From: Neophaeotheca triangularis
Lineage: Eukaryota
Reading direction: 5' to 3'
Length of the DNA: 64,000 nt
Assembly (NCBI GenBank): GCA_054600435.1
Contig: BAAIJX010000012.1
Coordinates: forward strand, 372,001 to 436,000
Below, piece after piece: positions 1-12,745 of this stretch. Both the position numbers and the translations under genes were made by a program. The notes beneath the pieces are model-generated. The model was not told the origin of the DNA and did no database searches. It was given only the letters and a program-made list of their open reading frames with translations. Position 1 is the stretch's first letter; every line of letters starts with the position of its first letter.

Positions 1-168
1 TAATCGCCCGTGTTTGCGCGGGTTTGAACGTTAAGTACTACATAAGACTCGCCTTCGCCCCGTGTATTTCCCGTGTCTCTGCCCTACGACTTTCTCTACC
101 GCTGTCCAGACAGCGCACACACATCTTTCTGGGGTTCTCGTAGACGGTTGGCTTTTCTCTCATAAGCC

Positions 169-1983
169 ATGGAGCTCTTCAGGGACACAGGCTTCGGCAA
201 GACCGTCCGGTTCGTCACCAAAAACAAATACTTCCAATACCCAGAAGAGAAGGATTCTTCGATATGGACCAGAGCCATCGACGAGAAGCAATCTGGCAAC
301 CTTGCACACCACGGGACGGCGGAGCCTCCTGAAGAGGGGCAGGAACCGCAGGGTCTCGGCGGCGTACGCACACGCGAGCAGAACGACCGGGCAGGCTCAG
401 AGGGATCATCACAGACAAGAGTGGGTGGCGAAGAGGGCGTGAACGAGGCCAGCGGCGTCAAAGTCGACCCGGAGAAGGGCAAGGATGTGCACATGGTCAG
501 TTGGTATGGGGACGACGACCCAGAAAACCCGATCAATTGGTCGCGCGGCAAAAAGTTCTTCGTTACAGCGCAGATCTGCTTGCTCACCGTCAGTGTATAC
601 ATTGGCAGCGCCATCTACACGCCCGGAATCGAAAGCATCATAGCCATCTTCGGCGTCGGAAGCGTTGCCGCTAGGCTGGGTCTTTGTATCTTCGTCGCTG
701 GTTACGGTATCGGTCCTATGCTTTGGAGCCCTATGAGCGAGATCCCCCAAATCGGAAGGAACCCAGTGTACCTGCTTACCCTGCTCGTCTTCGTTGCTTT
801 CCAAGTGCCAACGGCATTGGCGACAAACTTTGGCATGTTCTTGGCCTTCCGCTTCCTCACTGGATTCTTCGGCTCTCCAGTTTTGGCCACTGGTGGCGCT
901 TCGCTCGCAGACATGTATGTGCCGCAAAAGCGCGCCTATGCTATGACTATCTGGGGTCTCTTCGCCGTTTCAGGTCCAACAATGGGGCCTCTTGTCGGTG
1001 GCTTCGCAGTGCAATACGGTCCCGTCGGCTTCCCTGGCTTCACCGCCCCCTGGACATGGCCAATCTGGGAGCTGATGTTTCTATGCGCCTTCTGCCTCGT
1101 CTTCCTCTACTTCTGCCTCCCCGAGACCAGCGCCAACAACATTCTCATGCGCCGGACCATGCGCCTCCGCAAAATCACCGGCAACGACAAACTCACTTGC
1201 GGACCCGAACTGATGTCGGCCGAGATGACGCCCAAAGCCATCGCCATGATCTCGCTCGTCCGCCCCTTCACGCTCAACTTCACCGAGCCCATGGTATTTC
1301 TCCTGAACCTCTACATCGCTCTCGTCTACGGCCTCCTCTACATCTGGTTTGAGTCCTTCGTCATCGTCTTCGGCGAAATCTACGGCTTCAGCCTAGGCAT
1401 CCAGGGCGTCGCATACCTCGGCATTCTCATCGGCGCCCTCATCACTGTGCCTCCCTACTTCTGGTACCTCCACAGATACCTCGAGCCCAAGTTCGACTCC
1501 GAAGGCAACATCGAACCCGAGCAGCGTCTCATCCCAGCCTGCTTCGGCGCATTCTGCATCCCCATCTGTCTCTTTTGGTTCGGCTGGTCGGCCCGCGAGA
1601 GCGTCCACTGGATAATGCCCATCATCGGTAGCGCCTGGTTCAGTGTTGGTGCCGTCCTGCTCTTCAACTCGGTGCTCAACTACCTCGTAAGCTCTTTTCC
1701 CTCTTCCTCCACAAAACCCACACAAACTAACCCGCGGTTCCAGCCCGACGCATACCCCGAATACGCCGCCTCCGTACTGGCAGGCAACGATTTCTTCCGT
1801 AGCATGTTCGGAGCCGGCTTCCCACTTTTCGCAACCCAAATGTACCGTGACCTCGGCGTCGGGTGGGCCAGTAGCACTCTGGCCTTCTTGAGCATCGCTT
1901 TCATCCCCATTCCCTTTGTGCTGTACAAGTACGGACGCACGCTGCGGAAGGACTACAGCAAGCATGCTCGCAAGGACATTTGA
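169..1983 (+). CDS. MFS drug:H+ antiporter (DHA1 family, Caf5/Mdr1-like)
   Basis: Multi-TM hydrophobic ORF with the DHA1 motifs WYGDDDPENPINWS, GPMLWSPMSE..GRNPVY and LPETS. One 57-nt intron at 1687-1743 (gtaagc...actaac...cag) is in frame and read through by the ORF track. Confidence 0.92.
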   Translation: MELFRDTGFGKTVRFVTKNKYFQYPEEKDSSIWTRAIDEKQSGNLAHHGTAEPPEEGQEPQGLGGVRTREQNDRAGSEGSSQTRVGGEEGVNEASGVKVDPEKGKDVHMVSWYGDDDPENPINWSRGKKFFVTAQICLLTVSVYIGSAIYTPGIESIIAIFGVGSVAARLGLCIFVAGYGIGPMLWSPMSEIPQIGRNPVYLLTLLVFVAFQVPTALATNFGMFLAFRFLTGFFGSPVLATGGASLADMYVPQKRAYAMTIWGLFAVSGPTMGPLVGGFAVQYGPVGFPGFTAPWTWPIWELMFLCAFCLVFLYFCLPETSANNILMRRTMRLRKITGNDKLTCGPELMSAEMTPKAIAMISLVRPFTLNFTEPMVFLLNLYIALVYGLLYIWFESFVIVFGEIYGFSLGIQGVAYLGILIGALITVPPYFWYLHRYLEPKFDSEGNIEPEQRLIPACFGAFCIPICLFWFGWSARESVHWIMPIIGSAWFSVGAVLLFNSVLNYLVSSFPSSSTKPTQTNPRFQPDAYPEYAASVLAGNDFFRSMFGAGFPLFATQMYRDLGVGWASSTLAFLSIAFIPIPFVLYKYGRTLRKDYSKHARKDI

Positions 1984-3001
1984 GGTGTTGAATGGTAATA
2001 GTGTCATGGTACACAAAAGAGTATGGCGCTACGAAGAGACGAAGAAGTAGGCAGGGGTTTCGCCAAGCCGAGTCATGTGACACACCACGTGACATCCCTA
2101 AAACCTCCAATCCAGCCCTGAGCTAGCGCGACTGTCTCTCAGGCCAATCACACCAATATGAGGCTTGCGAACTTGATGATTTTCGCGATTCCGAGGTTTT
2201 ATCAGTTACGATCAGTGTTGGCGTTCTCGTGTGGCAGGTTTTGCTACAATGGCATGGGCATTGGGGATTTGCATGTGCGTGTGCGTTCATGAAGACTTTC
2301 GCCATATAGTTTTAGATACTATAGAAGTGTTGTAATAGTCTTGTACGATGATGATTGCAAATCTACTTGGACAGCTGCTGAATCAATTTTACACCAACCC
2401 CTCTCGGCTATGAAAGTGGCCGCTCGTCCCGACAGACCCCCTACTTGATCGCTCTGAAAGGCCTCTGGCTCCGAAGCCGGGCGGCGTATCATTAATCTGA
2501 AAAATGCTAGCACGCGCCCGGAGCTCGAAGTAGCCTTTGAGAAAGTAGGCGCGCCGGAGATCTTACCCATGTCAAGTAGCCGACACTAAAATCGGACCGC
2601 TACTCTCGAGATTTAGCGACCAATCCGATCTGATTTTAGTGACGGTAGGGGGCCATGTCTCTAGATGTAGTTTTAAGGTCACCGTAGGGTCAGGGTTTGA
2701 GTAGAGTTGATGATGCTCTTAGCAATACTTTTCCATTGACATACAAGAACAGCATAACGTTGTTATCGAGTTGCCTAGCTGCGACGGGTGGTGTTGTGGA
2801 CGTGGTGCCCGTCAATGAACGCTGTTCGAGTGCCGGGAGCACCAGCTAAAATGCATCAAGCAGAGCAAACAGTAAACACAACCCACAAAGCATTACATTT
2901 CATCGCTATACACTGCACGCTAACAGCACCAACAAAGGCGCTCCATCTCCATGTTGCCGCATACCATCCAGCCATCTGGTCAATCACAAAAAAGCCGAAG
3001 C

Positions 3002-4940
3002 TTACATCTTCGTGACATGTCCGGATTGCTCCAAGCTGCCAACACTGGTCTTGCGCTCGACCTCTTGCGCGCGGTTCTCGAGGTCGTGCGTCTCGAAATC
3101 TTTGAGATTCATCGAGGGTACGAAGAGGGGCGCGTTGGTGAAGAGGTAGTTCATCTCCTCGAGCGGCCTCTTCTTGGTCTCTGGGAGGATGCACCAGAAC
3201 ACCAAAGCGTTGGTGGCGTTGCAGACGCACTGTGAGAGAAGAGTTAGTGACATCTCTTGATTACGTTCGTTGCTATTGCTCGGTTGCATGATTTAAGTAA
3301 TCGTTAGAGTGGCATGTACTTACGAAGAGGATGTAGAATCGCCATCCAATGTTCTCCATAGCAATGGGGGTCACTTGGCCAATCATGGTGTTGAAAGCGA
3401 AGGAGGTCATAGTGGCAATAGACACACCGATGGCGCGGGTTCGAGTGTCGAAGATCTCGGCTGGGATAATCCCTGTATGGCAATTTCGGTCAGTAGGTGT
3501 TGACGGCTAAGTCGCAGAAGGGGCCGAACTTACAAGAGAGCGGACCACAGGCGTAAGAGAAGCTGATGTTGTACAGCCAAGTCATGACAATGAAGCCCCA
3601 GCTAGCTGAGCTGTTGTTGGCGGCTCCGGGCGGGAACATTGCCAGCAAGATCGTGGCAATGATGAAACAGACCATGTTTGCGAGATTACCAAAGATCAGG
3701 GTCCATCTACGGCCAGTGTAGTCGATGAAAAGCATACAGCAGAATTGGGCAAGGAGCGCAAGACAGGACGAGATACCCTGGTACTGTAGCGTAAGGCCGC
3801 CTGGAATACCAATCTCGCGGAAGATGTCCGGGGAGTAGTATTGGATGGCGCTAACACCGGTCATCTGAACGGAGGCTTGAATGGTGCATGCGAGGAAGAG
3901 GCGGCGGAAGGACGATTTGTTCCTAAAGATTTCCATGACGGACTTGGCCTCGTGCTCGTGTTCGAAGGCAAGGGCATCGCGGATCTGGTCGTATTCGGCG
4001 CGAACCCAGATATCCTCGGTATTGCCGTTGGCGTGCAAGTTTGCAAGGGTCATGAGACCTTTCTCGGTGTAGCCGTGGTCAATGAGCCAACTGCGGAGAA
4101 GTGTGTCAGCAACCTGGAAGGGGGCACCAGTAAGGGCAGACTATCAAGGTCAACATACCGTGGAGACTCGGGGAAGAACAAGATACAAGCAGCCAGGACA
4201 ACAGCAGGGAGGTTCTGGATACCAAGGGGGATTCTCCATTGCCCTGAGTTGTCCTCGGGAATCTGGTTGTAACACGCCCAGGTGACCCAGGTGGCTATGA
4301 GGGCGCCCACGCCCAACATGAACTGTTGCAACGCCGTCACTCTGCCACGAATGTCGGGATGGCAGAGCTCGGCCTGGTAGGGAGGAATAATCATGACCTA
4401 GAGGCGGTTAGTACAAATCGTCTCTCACACAGAGCAAGACGGAGGGGACGTGGTGGCATACTAGAAAGCCGACACCGACACCGGCGAGCAGACGGCCGGC
4501 ATACAAGTAACCGAGGGTTTGCGCTGCTGTCTGTAGGACACCCCCAACGATGAAGATGATGGCACCCATGAGCACCGTCTTCTTCCGGCCCAGCCAGTCT
4601 CCAATAGGGCCTGCGAGGCCAGCTCCCACGAAGGCACCCCCGGTGAATACCGCAACCACGGCCCCCGTCTCAGCTTTAGTAGGTTCGAACTGGAGCTGAT
4701 AATTTGGTGAATCGACGACACCAGCACTGTGAGCGAGGAAGTGTAAGCGATTGCGCAGAAAACAGACCCCGCCATTTGGATGGAGATCCCTGCTCCCACT
4801 TCTTTCCTCAATCTCACACGCTGTGTCGGGGTGTCCACTCTTCAAACTTACATGACACCCAAATCATAACCGAACAGCGACGAACCGAGCGACGCAAACA
4901 AACAGACCAGAAACTGGTACCACTTTGGTGGGAGAGCCAT
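3002..4940 (-). CDS. MFS sugar porter (hexose transporter-like), 6 exons
   Basis: Spliced protein MALPPKWYQFLVCLFASLGSSLFGYDLGVI...DWLGRK...PESPR...QMTGVSAIQYY...LPETK. GT-AG introns include 4727-4851, 3473-3533 and 3230-3323. Stop TAA at 3002-3004. Confidence 0.9.
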
Positions 4941-6550
4941 CTTGAAAGGGTGACAGGGCACTCGCACTGCTGATCAGAAAGTTGAGATGTAACTGCGGAG
5001 TAGGGGGCAGCCGCGTGGTGATAGTCTTCTTGCAATGAGCGAGAACATGTCTACTCTTATACAGACAGGCGCCCCAGAGCCTGCGGTGGTGATCCTTCCT
5101 CTGGTTGCAGGCAAGGCGCGTGGCGTCCAATGATCACTAGTACTTGCAGAGTGGTTTTTAAATTCGAGCTGGAAGAGCTATAGTGTCCCGGCAAGCAATG
5201 ATTGCCATTCGTTGGGTGTGCGCAACACAGGGCTGTCCGGTCCGGCAAAAGTGGTGGCGCACTTCTTAATCACGCTGGTCCGGGAAGCTCTCTTAGGTAG
5301 TGTCGGATACTGTCGCTAGCTATACCAACCGCGTCTCGTGCAGCCATGGTAAAGGGCTGCACGTGGACGGTGGGTCAACATCGCTACCCCAGGACCGCAT
5401 CCAGACTCCAGTCTGGAGTCATGTGGGGATTCTTGGGGAAGCTTGGTTTTATTACTATGCCCTGTGCCTCGAGATGAGCGGTTTCGCATGTTACTGTATG
5501 CAGGGCGGACAGGGTCAGAGGGGTCAGAGTGATGATCTTGATAGCGTTAACGTTGCGGAATTTTGATCTTGTCCCTCTTCGCCGAGTTCATGCTTGCGTT
5601 ATTCCATTCAGGCGCCGATGCAAGATCATACTTTCCATTCTTCATTAACGACTTCTCTGGGCATCGTCTAAACGCTTCCGAATGACAGGATACTATGGCA
5701 GCTTTAGGTGTCTACTCCGGTGGCCACAGCTTCCTCCCCGCCTTGCGAAGCGGGTGGCGTTTTCGATCGAGGATATTCCACCACTTGCAGCAAGCTCTCA
5801 CCGGAAGCCCACGACAATGGTCGCTTAGCTCTTGAGTCGTGTATTGAATCTGGATGCATTCGAAGGATTCTTGCCAAAACCGAATACTATTGCCGGAAGT
5901 TGTGTGATAGTCAACAGCTGAAGTGAGGGTAAAGTGAAGCGTGCATTGACACGCATCCGAGGCTGGCAGCCTTGGCGTCAAATCCAACCCCTTTACTCCA
6001 TGATACTTTCCCCCCTATTTGATTGCGGTAGAGTGATCATGTTAAGTTTATTGCGCGATGCTAGACAGAGAACAAGACTCGGGTTTTGATCCCTCCTCAA
6101 GGGACATGATAGTATCTCCGGTGCCACAAGTCGAACAAGTTGGGCAACCTCTGAAGCTATCACAAGAAGCCAACCGAGTCTCTAGCTGCCCGATCTTGTT
6201 GCGAGAGCAAAGAGAAAGCTTGGCAGGCGATGCAAATGGCTTGCTCTAGAAGTGTTTTTGATTCGGACAGTAGTCAACCAATTACTCTGAGACTGTTAAT
6301 TTCCTCGTCACCCAGCCTGTGTAGAAGAGGAGGTAGAATCGCTACACTGGCATAGTAAACACGATCCAGTAGTTAATCGGTATCAAACGGCACTGCAGGA
6401 TTGGTACTGAGGCAGTAATTTAGTATTGATCTTGACTCTTTGCTGCTTTGCCATAACGATCGGTCTTGATCGCTTCTCTGGGACAAAAGCAAGAGCAAAA
6501 AGAATGGAGTGGAGAGAGGGACAGTTCGGCGTAAAACAGGGCAAAAGTAA

Positions 6551-6624
6551 TGGTCAGTACGAGGGTCGAACTCGCGACCTTGGCGTTATTAGCACCACGC
6601 TCTAACCAACTGAGCTAACCGACC
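6551..6624 (-). tRNA. tRNA-Ile, anticodon AAU, intronless
   Basis: Reverse complement GGTCGGTTAGCTCAGTTGGTTAGAGCGTGGTGCTAATAACGCCAAGGTCGCGAGTTCGACCCTCGTACTGACCA forms a cloverleaf with anticodon arm TGGTG-CT-AAT-AA-CGCCA and a GTTCGA T-loop. A TTTT terminator follows. Confidence 0.97.
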
Positions 6625-6970
6625 TTGTTATATGGTCGACAGCGAGATGGCGATACATGACTTTTGCCAAAAATCTGATTCCAGGCGTCGACGGATGGAA
6701 GGGAACCTTGCGGAAGCAATTGCTGATCGTGAATCGTCTGAATGTTGACGGAAAATCATTCTTCCGCCCCTGAGATTCGAAGCCAGCTAAAGTTACCGAG
6801 CGCCGACACCCCCACTCATGCGTCGCTGTTCAGTACGTACATCCAGAGACGTTCATCACTCGTGGGCGAGAAGTATGTGTCGAAGTCAAACGCAATAGTC
6901 GCTGAGTCTGTGTGGTGTTTATCTGTATCGAATGGCATAGCGTTGCCTTCGACGCTTTACCGCCTCGCGA

Positions 6971-8028
6971 TCAATGGTATCTATCATTGCTGCCGGCTGG
7001 GGGATAATACCCTCCCCCAAACTCCAGACTACAACCCTCGAAGTAATCTTCTTTCACGAGCTCCCACCCGCTGAACCACCCACTCTCATAAATCTTGACG
7101 TCAAATTCGCCCTGGAAGGTCTGTCCCAGGTAATTCTCTCTGTGGCCTTCAGGAAAGGGCGAGCTCAACGAGAAGAAACTGCCTTTGGGTGCCGAGGCTT
7201 TGACGACAATCTTCTGCCGGAAACTCTGCACGCTCAATTCAAACGTCCGATCTTCCCAACTAGTTGTGTACGACATGAACGGACTGATTCCAGCTAATCG
7301 GGTCGCGAATGGCGGGCGGAAGTCGAGGTTGTAGTCATCGCTACGGTAGCCCAAGAGAAAGGCCTCCATGCCCAAGATCTGACCGCCTGCACAGCAGAAC
7401 CCTCGAGAGCCGTCGCGGGCTTGCAACCACATGTGTGCCGAGGGGAAAGAGTTGGCCCAGTTCTTCTCCTGATGGACTTTGGCTGTACCTCGGGAATCGG
7501 AAGACGGTAGGTCGATTGACGGTATCTTCAAGGTGAAGTCGCAGTCGGAAGCCAGAGAGTGGACATGCCAGTGCAATGGTAGCGGTAGATTGACGAGTAA
7601 ACTCTCCGGAGTATCTGTGGTGCTGGACCACGGCTTGCGAGAGGTTGTTTTACCATGGAGAGCAAAGTCCTCGTGGTCCAGACTGTACTCGGTTGTGGAG
7701 TCGCCATCCCATTTCACGTATCCGATACCTGCTACGTCCAGACTGAAGGCTTTGTTGTTGGAAAGCGTCTTCATCACTATGAGGTCTGTCCAGACCTCTC
7801 GTTGAAAGGTTTTGGGAACATCCTTAGGTACGTATGTAAAGGAGACCATGTAAGGTTTGGCCTTCGCTCCCTTGACCTCGCAGATAACCAACGCGAGCTT
7901 TGCACCCGAAGGGAGGTCGAATTTGCTATAGTAGCCTTCGAAGACCGAGCTTGCATGAGGCTGTCGTGTTGTCAGCGATCCGACGCCATGTATTATTACC
8001 CTGAGATCCGGACCTTGTTGTGCTCCAT
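6971..8028 (-). CDS. Tocopherol cyclase-like (AttH-fold) hypothetical protein
   Basis: Exon 1 MEHNK (ATG 8028), intron 7961-8013, then PHASSVFEGYYSKFDLPSG. Contains HQEKNWANSFPSAHMWLQA and ends ...SLEFGGGYY. The EKNWG.SFP..W.W.Q and LE.GG motifs are typical of tocopherol cyclase-like proteins. Confidence 0.75.
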
Positions 8029-8560
8029 GTTGCCAAGCGCTAGAGGTTTCCAGAAACGCCGTTGTTTTCGTATCGAGACATATACTTGTTCGCGATCATG
8101 TATTTTGTTTGTCACTTCCGGAATGAGAACTCCACCTGGAAGCCTTTGAGTCGTGCAAGATCGTGGACACCCGAGTGTGAGCCAAGGTCAATGATGCTGT
8201 GTTGCGCTTGGGCCACTCCAACCAATTGTACAGCAACAACATACATGACAATATTCTTACAATGGCGGCATTGAGAAATTGGTAGCATTCCCGGAAGAAG
8301 AGTCGGTGGGCTAACTACTTCAAAACTACCTAGGTACTATTACTGGAGAGGTGACGTTGGAATAGGCTCGGGACCTTCCTCCCTCCCGTGCGTGCGTTGC
8401 GTGCCTGCCTCACTTGCACTGCCCAAGACGCAATTCAATCCCCGACCTCATCCCGACATCGTCCCTTCTAATCTGTGACCAAATCACCAAGAGTATGCGA
8501 ATCAAGTCATGATGATATCGCGGAACCCGTAGCGAACATACCTTCGCAAGAGCCAAACCT

Positions 8561-9814
8561 CTAAAGCTCATCGCGGCCTGCTTCTCCCTTATCATCCTCC
8601 ATCCCTCGTTTGACCATGCTTGTGAGGACCTCGAAGCCCACCTGGGCTGCCGCCAACGCCGTCACCTCGCCCGAACCATCGTATGACGGAGAGACTTCGA
8701 CAACGTCTGCCGCCACTACGTTGAGTGTCTCAATGCCACGAAGGACTCTAATCAGCTCCCTGGTGCTCCAACCTCCAGGTTCAGGCGTACCCGTACCCGG
8801 AGCTAGTCCAGGATCAATGACATCGATGTCTATGCTCAGGTACACTGGAGTCTCGGTGCCCACCTGCTTGACAATCTTCTCAGCAACTCCTTTAGCTCCA
8901 AGATCGTCAATGTCATCGCATGCTATGCGTGTCCAGCCCTGCTGGTCGTCATCCTCGTTATCACCAATGCCCAAAAGCCTCGTCCGCAACCCAGCGTGAA
9001 CCGACTTATCTTTCATGATGAGAGACTCGTTGTGAGCTACCCAGAACATGGTACCGTGGGTGAAGAATGACTGCTCGTTTGGGTTGTTGGCGTCAACCCA
9101 TGCTGAGGGGTATTTGGCCGGATGCCATGTGTCCAGATGAGCATCAAAATGCACAACAGCTACCTCACCGTAGACCTTGTTCAAGGCTCGCAGTGTAGGC
9201 AGGGCAATACTATGATCGCCTCCGAGGCTGAGAAGTTTTGGCTTCCTTCGATACTCGATTGCTGAGTTTCCGTTCTCGGCGGACGGCTGGACCTTTGAAA
9301 GATCGGTATACGCTTCGCTCATCTGGCGGAGAGCAAGTCCATTATCAAACGGTGTGACAGGAATGTCACCGCAATCGATGACTTTGGCCCATTCCGCGTA
9401 CGGATTCAAGCCAGCTCGCGGATTGTAGCCTCTGAAACTGGTTTGTCGTGCAGATGCTGCTCGTATGGCTCGTGGTCCGAAGCGAGCACCGGGTCTGTAG
9501 CTTACAGCGGTGTCGAAAGGCACCCCAAGGATGGCAATGTCGTACTCAATCTCGGGATGCTGCAGGCACCGAGTGTGAGGCAGATGAGCAAAAGTCGAGA
9601 TGCCTGTGAAGCCCCACTGTACACATGTCAGTAGAGGTATTACTGGTTTGGCAGAAGAAGGACCTACATCTGTTCCCCATTTGGCATCAAGATCTGCTTG
9701 CGTCTCTCCCACATGCGTCTTGCTGTCGTCTGCTTGCTCGGCATGGGAATGGGCAGAGCCGAGCCCGCCCAGAGCGCTGAGCAAGATGCACACCTTGATG
9801 GAGACTACTTTCAT
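8561..9814 (-). CDS. Ureohydrolase (agmatinase/guanidinobutyrase family) with signal peptide and C-terminal RDEL
   Basis: Motifs GVPFD..SYRPGARFGP, LGGDHS, HFDAHLD and SIDIDVIDP..APGTGTPEPGG. In-frame 51-nt intron at 9617-9667. Hydrophobic N-terminus. Confidence 0.93.
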   Translation of the reverse strand: MKVVSIKVCILLSALGGLGSAHSHAEQADDSKTHVGETQADLDAKWGTDVGPSSAKPVIPLLTCVQWGFTGISTFAHLPHTRCLQHPEIEYDIAILGVPFDTAVSYRPGARFGPRAIRAASARQTSFRGYNPRAGLNPYAEWAKVIDCGDIPVTPFDNGLALRQMSEAYTDLSKVQPSAENGNSAIEYRRKPKLLSLGGDHSIALPTLRALNKVYGEVAVVHFDAHLDTWHPAKYPSAWVDANNPNEQSFFTHGTMFWVAHNESLIMKDKSVHAGLRTRLLGIGDNEDDDQQGWTRIACDDIDDLGAKGVAEKIVKQVGTETPVYLSIDIDVIDPGLAPGTGTPEPGGWSTRELIRVLRGIETLNVVAADVVEVSPSYDGSGEVTALAAAQVGFEVLTSMVKRGMEDDKGEAGRDEL

Positions 9815-10887
9815 GTTAATATTATAAGAAGCACCACGGTGCTCGAGATGATTTCAAGGCAAAGTTCTTTAACGGTTTATTTGTTCGAAATCGTCTCGTC
9901 ACCTTGTTGTTATGCTCCTACTTTAGATAACTTAGCTAACTTACCTGGTATCAACCTTAGGTAATGCATTCGGCTTATCTTGGCCATCACCGCGACTGAT
10001 CGGCCATCCATATCAGCTCAATCTATTGCATCTTCGGCAGCTCTTTGCCCACCGGCCTGACAAAGTCGACTCCAGGAATTTACGTATTCGCACTGGTACC
10101 CAGCAAAGTCTTGCACCTCTTTTCAGCCAGTTCAAGTCAAGAGCAAGGGACTGCAAAATCAGACGGTTCAGTCTCCCACCCGGAGCTAAGTCGATTCAGG
10201 AACATGCGACGTACTTGTCGTGGTCAACAACACACCATTGCCATACTTTCCCTTGAGCCTCTTCGGCAACAATGTCCGGACACACGAATCGTCCAGATCC
10301 TTGTGTGTGAAAACAGGATAGCCACGGCATAATGCAGGATTTGGGGACGGATATCAAACCTTTTGCCAGCTGCCCCGCAGACAAGCCCTGGTTCTCGACC
10401 ACGACCACGCACGACGCTGTGGACGCTGTCCACGGCTGTCCCCGCAAGCCTTCGCAGAAGACCGCCTCCCCCATCCCTATCTCTTGGCCTTTCTTGGCCT
10501 TGTCTTGCCTCCTGCTACTCTAGTACTACTCTCTCGTCAAGTTTGCGCGATCTCGCTGCCGGATGCAGGGTGATGAGCTATGACTGCAGCCTCGGATGCA
10601 AGGTACCGCAAGAACACCAATTACAAGAGGGCGTCGCGAGCGTCCCATTGGTTTCGGTGAGGTCACCTTGCGACGTTGGCCACATGCTACTGCAACTTCT
10701 CGTTAAATGAATGCAGATATAAACCCTCTGATAGCTGTGAAGCTACTCACCATGTAGATCAATCAGAACTTGGCAAAGAGGGAGATATATAGCTGGACAT
10801 CACCCGGTAGGACGAGCCAGCTCTTGTCAGAAGCTCTCATATTCCTGAGCAAACATCTCTCTTTCAATCAGACAGAATCTCCTCACA

Positions 10888-12745
10888 ATGAAGGGCGTGA
10901 TCGCAGCAACGCTCCTCGGAGCCTCCCTCGTTTCGGCGCAGCATGGCTACAATCACAAGCCTCACAGGCCACACAAGCCCAAGCATGTCTACACCAAGAC
11001 TACAACAGTGTACCAGTGCCCAGCCGAGACCGGGACACCTGGAGAGGGCGGAGAAGGTGGAGAGGGCCCCGACGTACCTCTAGTCGACTCGCAGGCATTG
11101 CAGGACAGCGTCACCGCCGAGGGTCTTGCAGCCTACGCTCAAGAGCTCGAAGACCTCGCATACGCCACACCGCTCCGCAACAGAGTGATATCCTCGCAGG
11201 GCTTCAACGACACCGTCGACTGGATCATCGAGAAGCTGGAGTCTTTCGGCGGCGGTGACTACTACACCGTCACTAGGCAGCCCTTCATCGCTCCCTTCGC
11301 GAACAGCAACGCCACTATCCAGTACGACGGCGGGGAGCCCGTGACCATTTCCTCCTTTCAATACGCGCCTTCAGGCGTGGGCGAGGGCGCTATCATCCCC
11401 GTCGCCAACTTGGGTTGCGAAGCTGGCGACTTCCCACCAGAGGTCGAAGGCAACGTCGCTCTCATTTCCCGTGGAGAGTGCGAGTTCGGACAGAAGGTTG
11501 CACTTGCAGGTGGTGCCGGGGCTGTCGCGGCGATCCTCTACAACAACGCGGAGGGCGACTTCCAAGCTGGTAAGTCGAACAACCTGCCCGCTAGGAAAAG
11601 ATCTGTCAAAGGAAGTTTTACTGATTAGTAATAGGTACCCTCGGCGCTCCTCCCAGGCCTGAGGGCGAATATGTCCCCGCCGTTGCGCTTACCCAGGCCA
11701 ATGGCACGGCCATCCTAGACCGCATTGAGGCTGGTGAGGAGGTTCTCACCAACATTGCTTTGCTTGCTGAGAACTACAACGTCACCGTTTGGAATGTACG
11801 TCCAATCCACCCAACTTCTCAAGTCACTTGCACCGTTGCTGACACTCTTCGTTTTTAGGTTATCGCAGACAGCAAGTTTGGCGACCTGAACTCCACAATC
11901 GCCCTTGGTGGCCACAGTGGTTCGTTCACTCCCTCAGGTTTGGGGCTACAGGCCCTAGACCACAAGCTCCTCGCTCAATGTCGTAACAAGACACTAACTC
12001 CCATCCCACAGACTCCGTCTACGCGGGCCCAGGCATCAACGACGACGGCTCAGGCACCGTGGGCCTCCTCCAAGTCGCCGAAAACCTCGCCAACTACCGC
12101 ACAAACAACAACGTGCGCTTCATCTTCTGGGGCGCCGAAGAATTCGGCCTGCTCGGCAGCTACCACTACACGGAGCAACTCTCGCAAGCCGAGCGCGACG
12201 CCATCCGCCTGTACCTCAACTTCGACATGATCGCGTCGCCCAACTACTACCTCGGCATCCTCGACGGCGACGGCTCGGCTTTCAACTCCAGCGGGCCCCC
12301 CGGTAGCGCCGAAGCCGAAGCCTTCTTCGAGTCCTGGTTCGCCGACCAGGGTCTGCCGACCGTGCCGTCCGCTTTCACCGGTCGCAGCGACTACGGGCCT
12401 TTCCTCGACGTGGGCATTGCGGCCGGCGGGCTCTTCACCGGCGCCGACGAAGTCAAGACCGAGGAGTGGGCGGAGCTGTACGGAGGTGTCGTCGGCGAGG
12501 CTCTGGACCAGTGCTACCACCAAGAGTGCGATGATTTCGAGAACCTCAACTTCGAGGCTTGGGTGCCCATGACCAAGGCCATCGCCGCGGCGGTGGCGGA
12601 GTATGGGACGACTTTTGACAGTTTGCCCGCGCAGAACGTGACGACGGGGGTGAAGAGGAAGAGGAGCGCGGATTTGTGGAAGCGGGTGCAGAAGACGGGG
12701 GCTGGGGGCACTTGCAACCACGCTGAGCACAACCTTGCCAAGTAG
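10888..12745 (+). CDS. Secreted/vacuolar M28 aminopeptidase (aminopeptidase Y/LAP2-like) with PA domain
   Basis: Signal peptide, PA domain (ALISRGECEFGQK) and M28 motifs GHSDSV..GPGINDDGSG, FWGAEEFGLLGS, LNFDMIASPN and CYHQECD. Introns at 11570-11634, 11796-11858 and 11920-12011 give a continuous frame. Confidence 0.92.
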
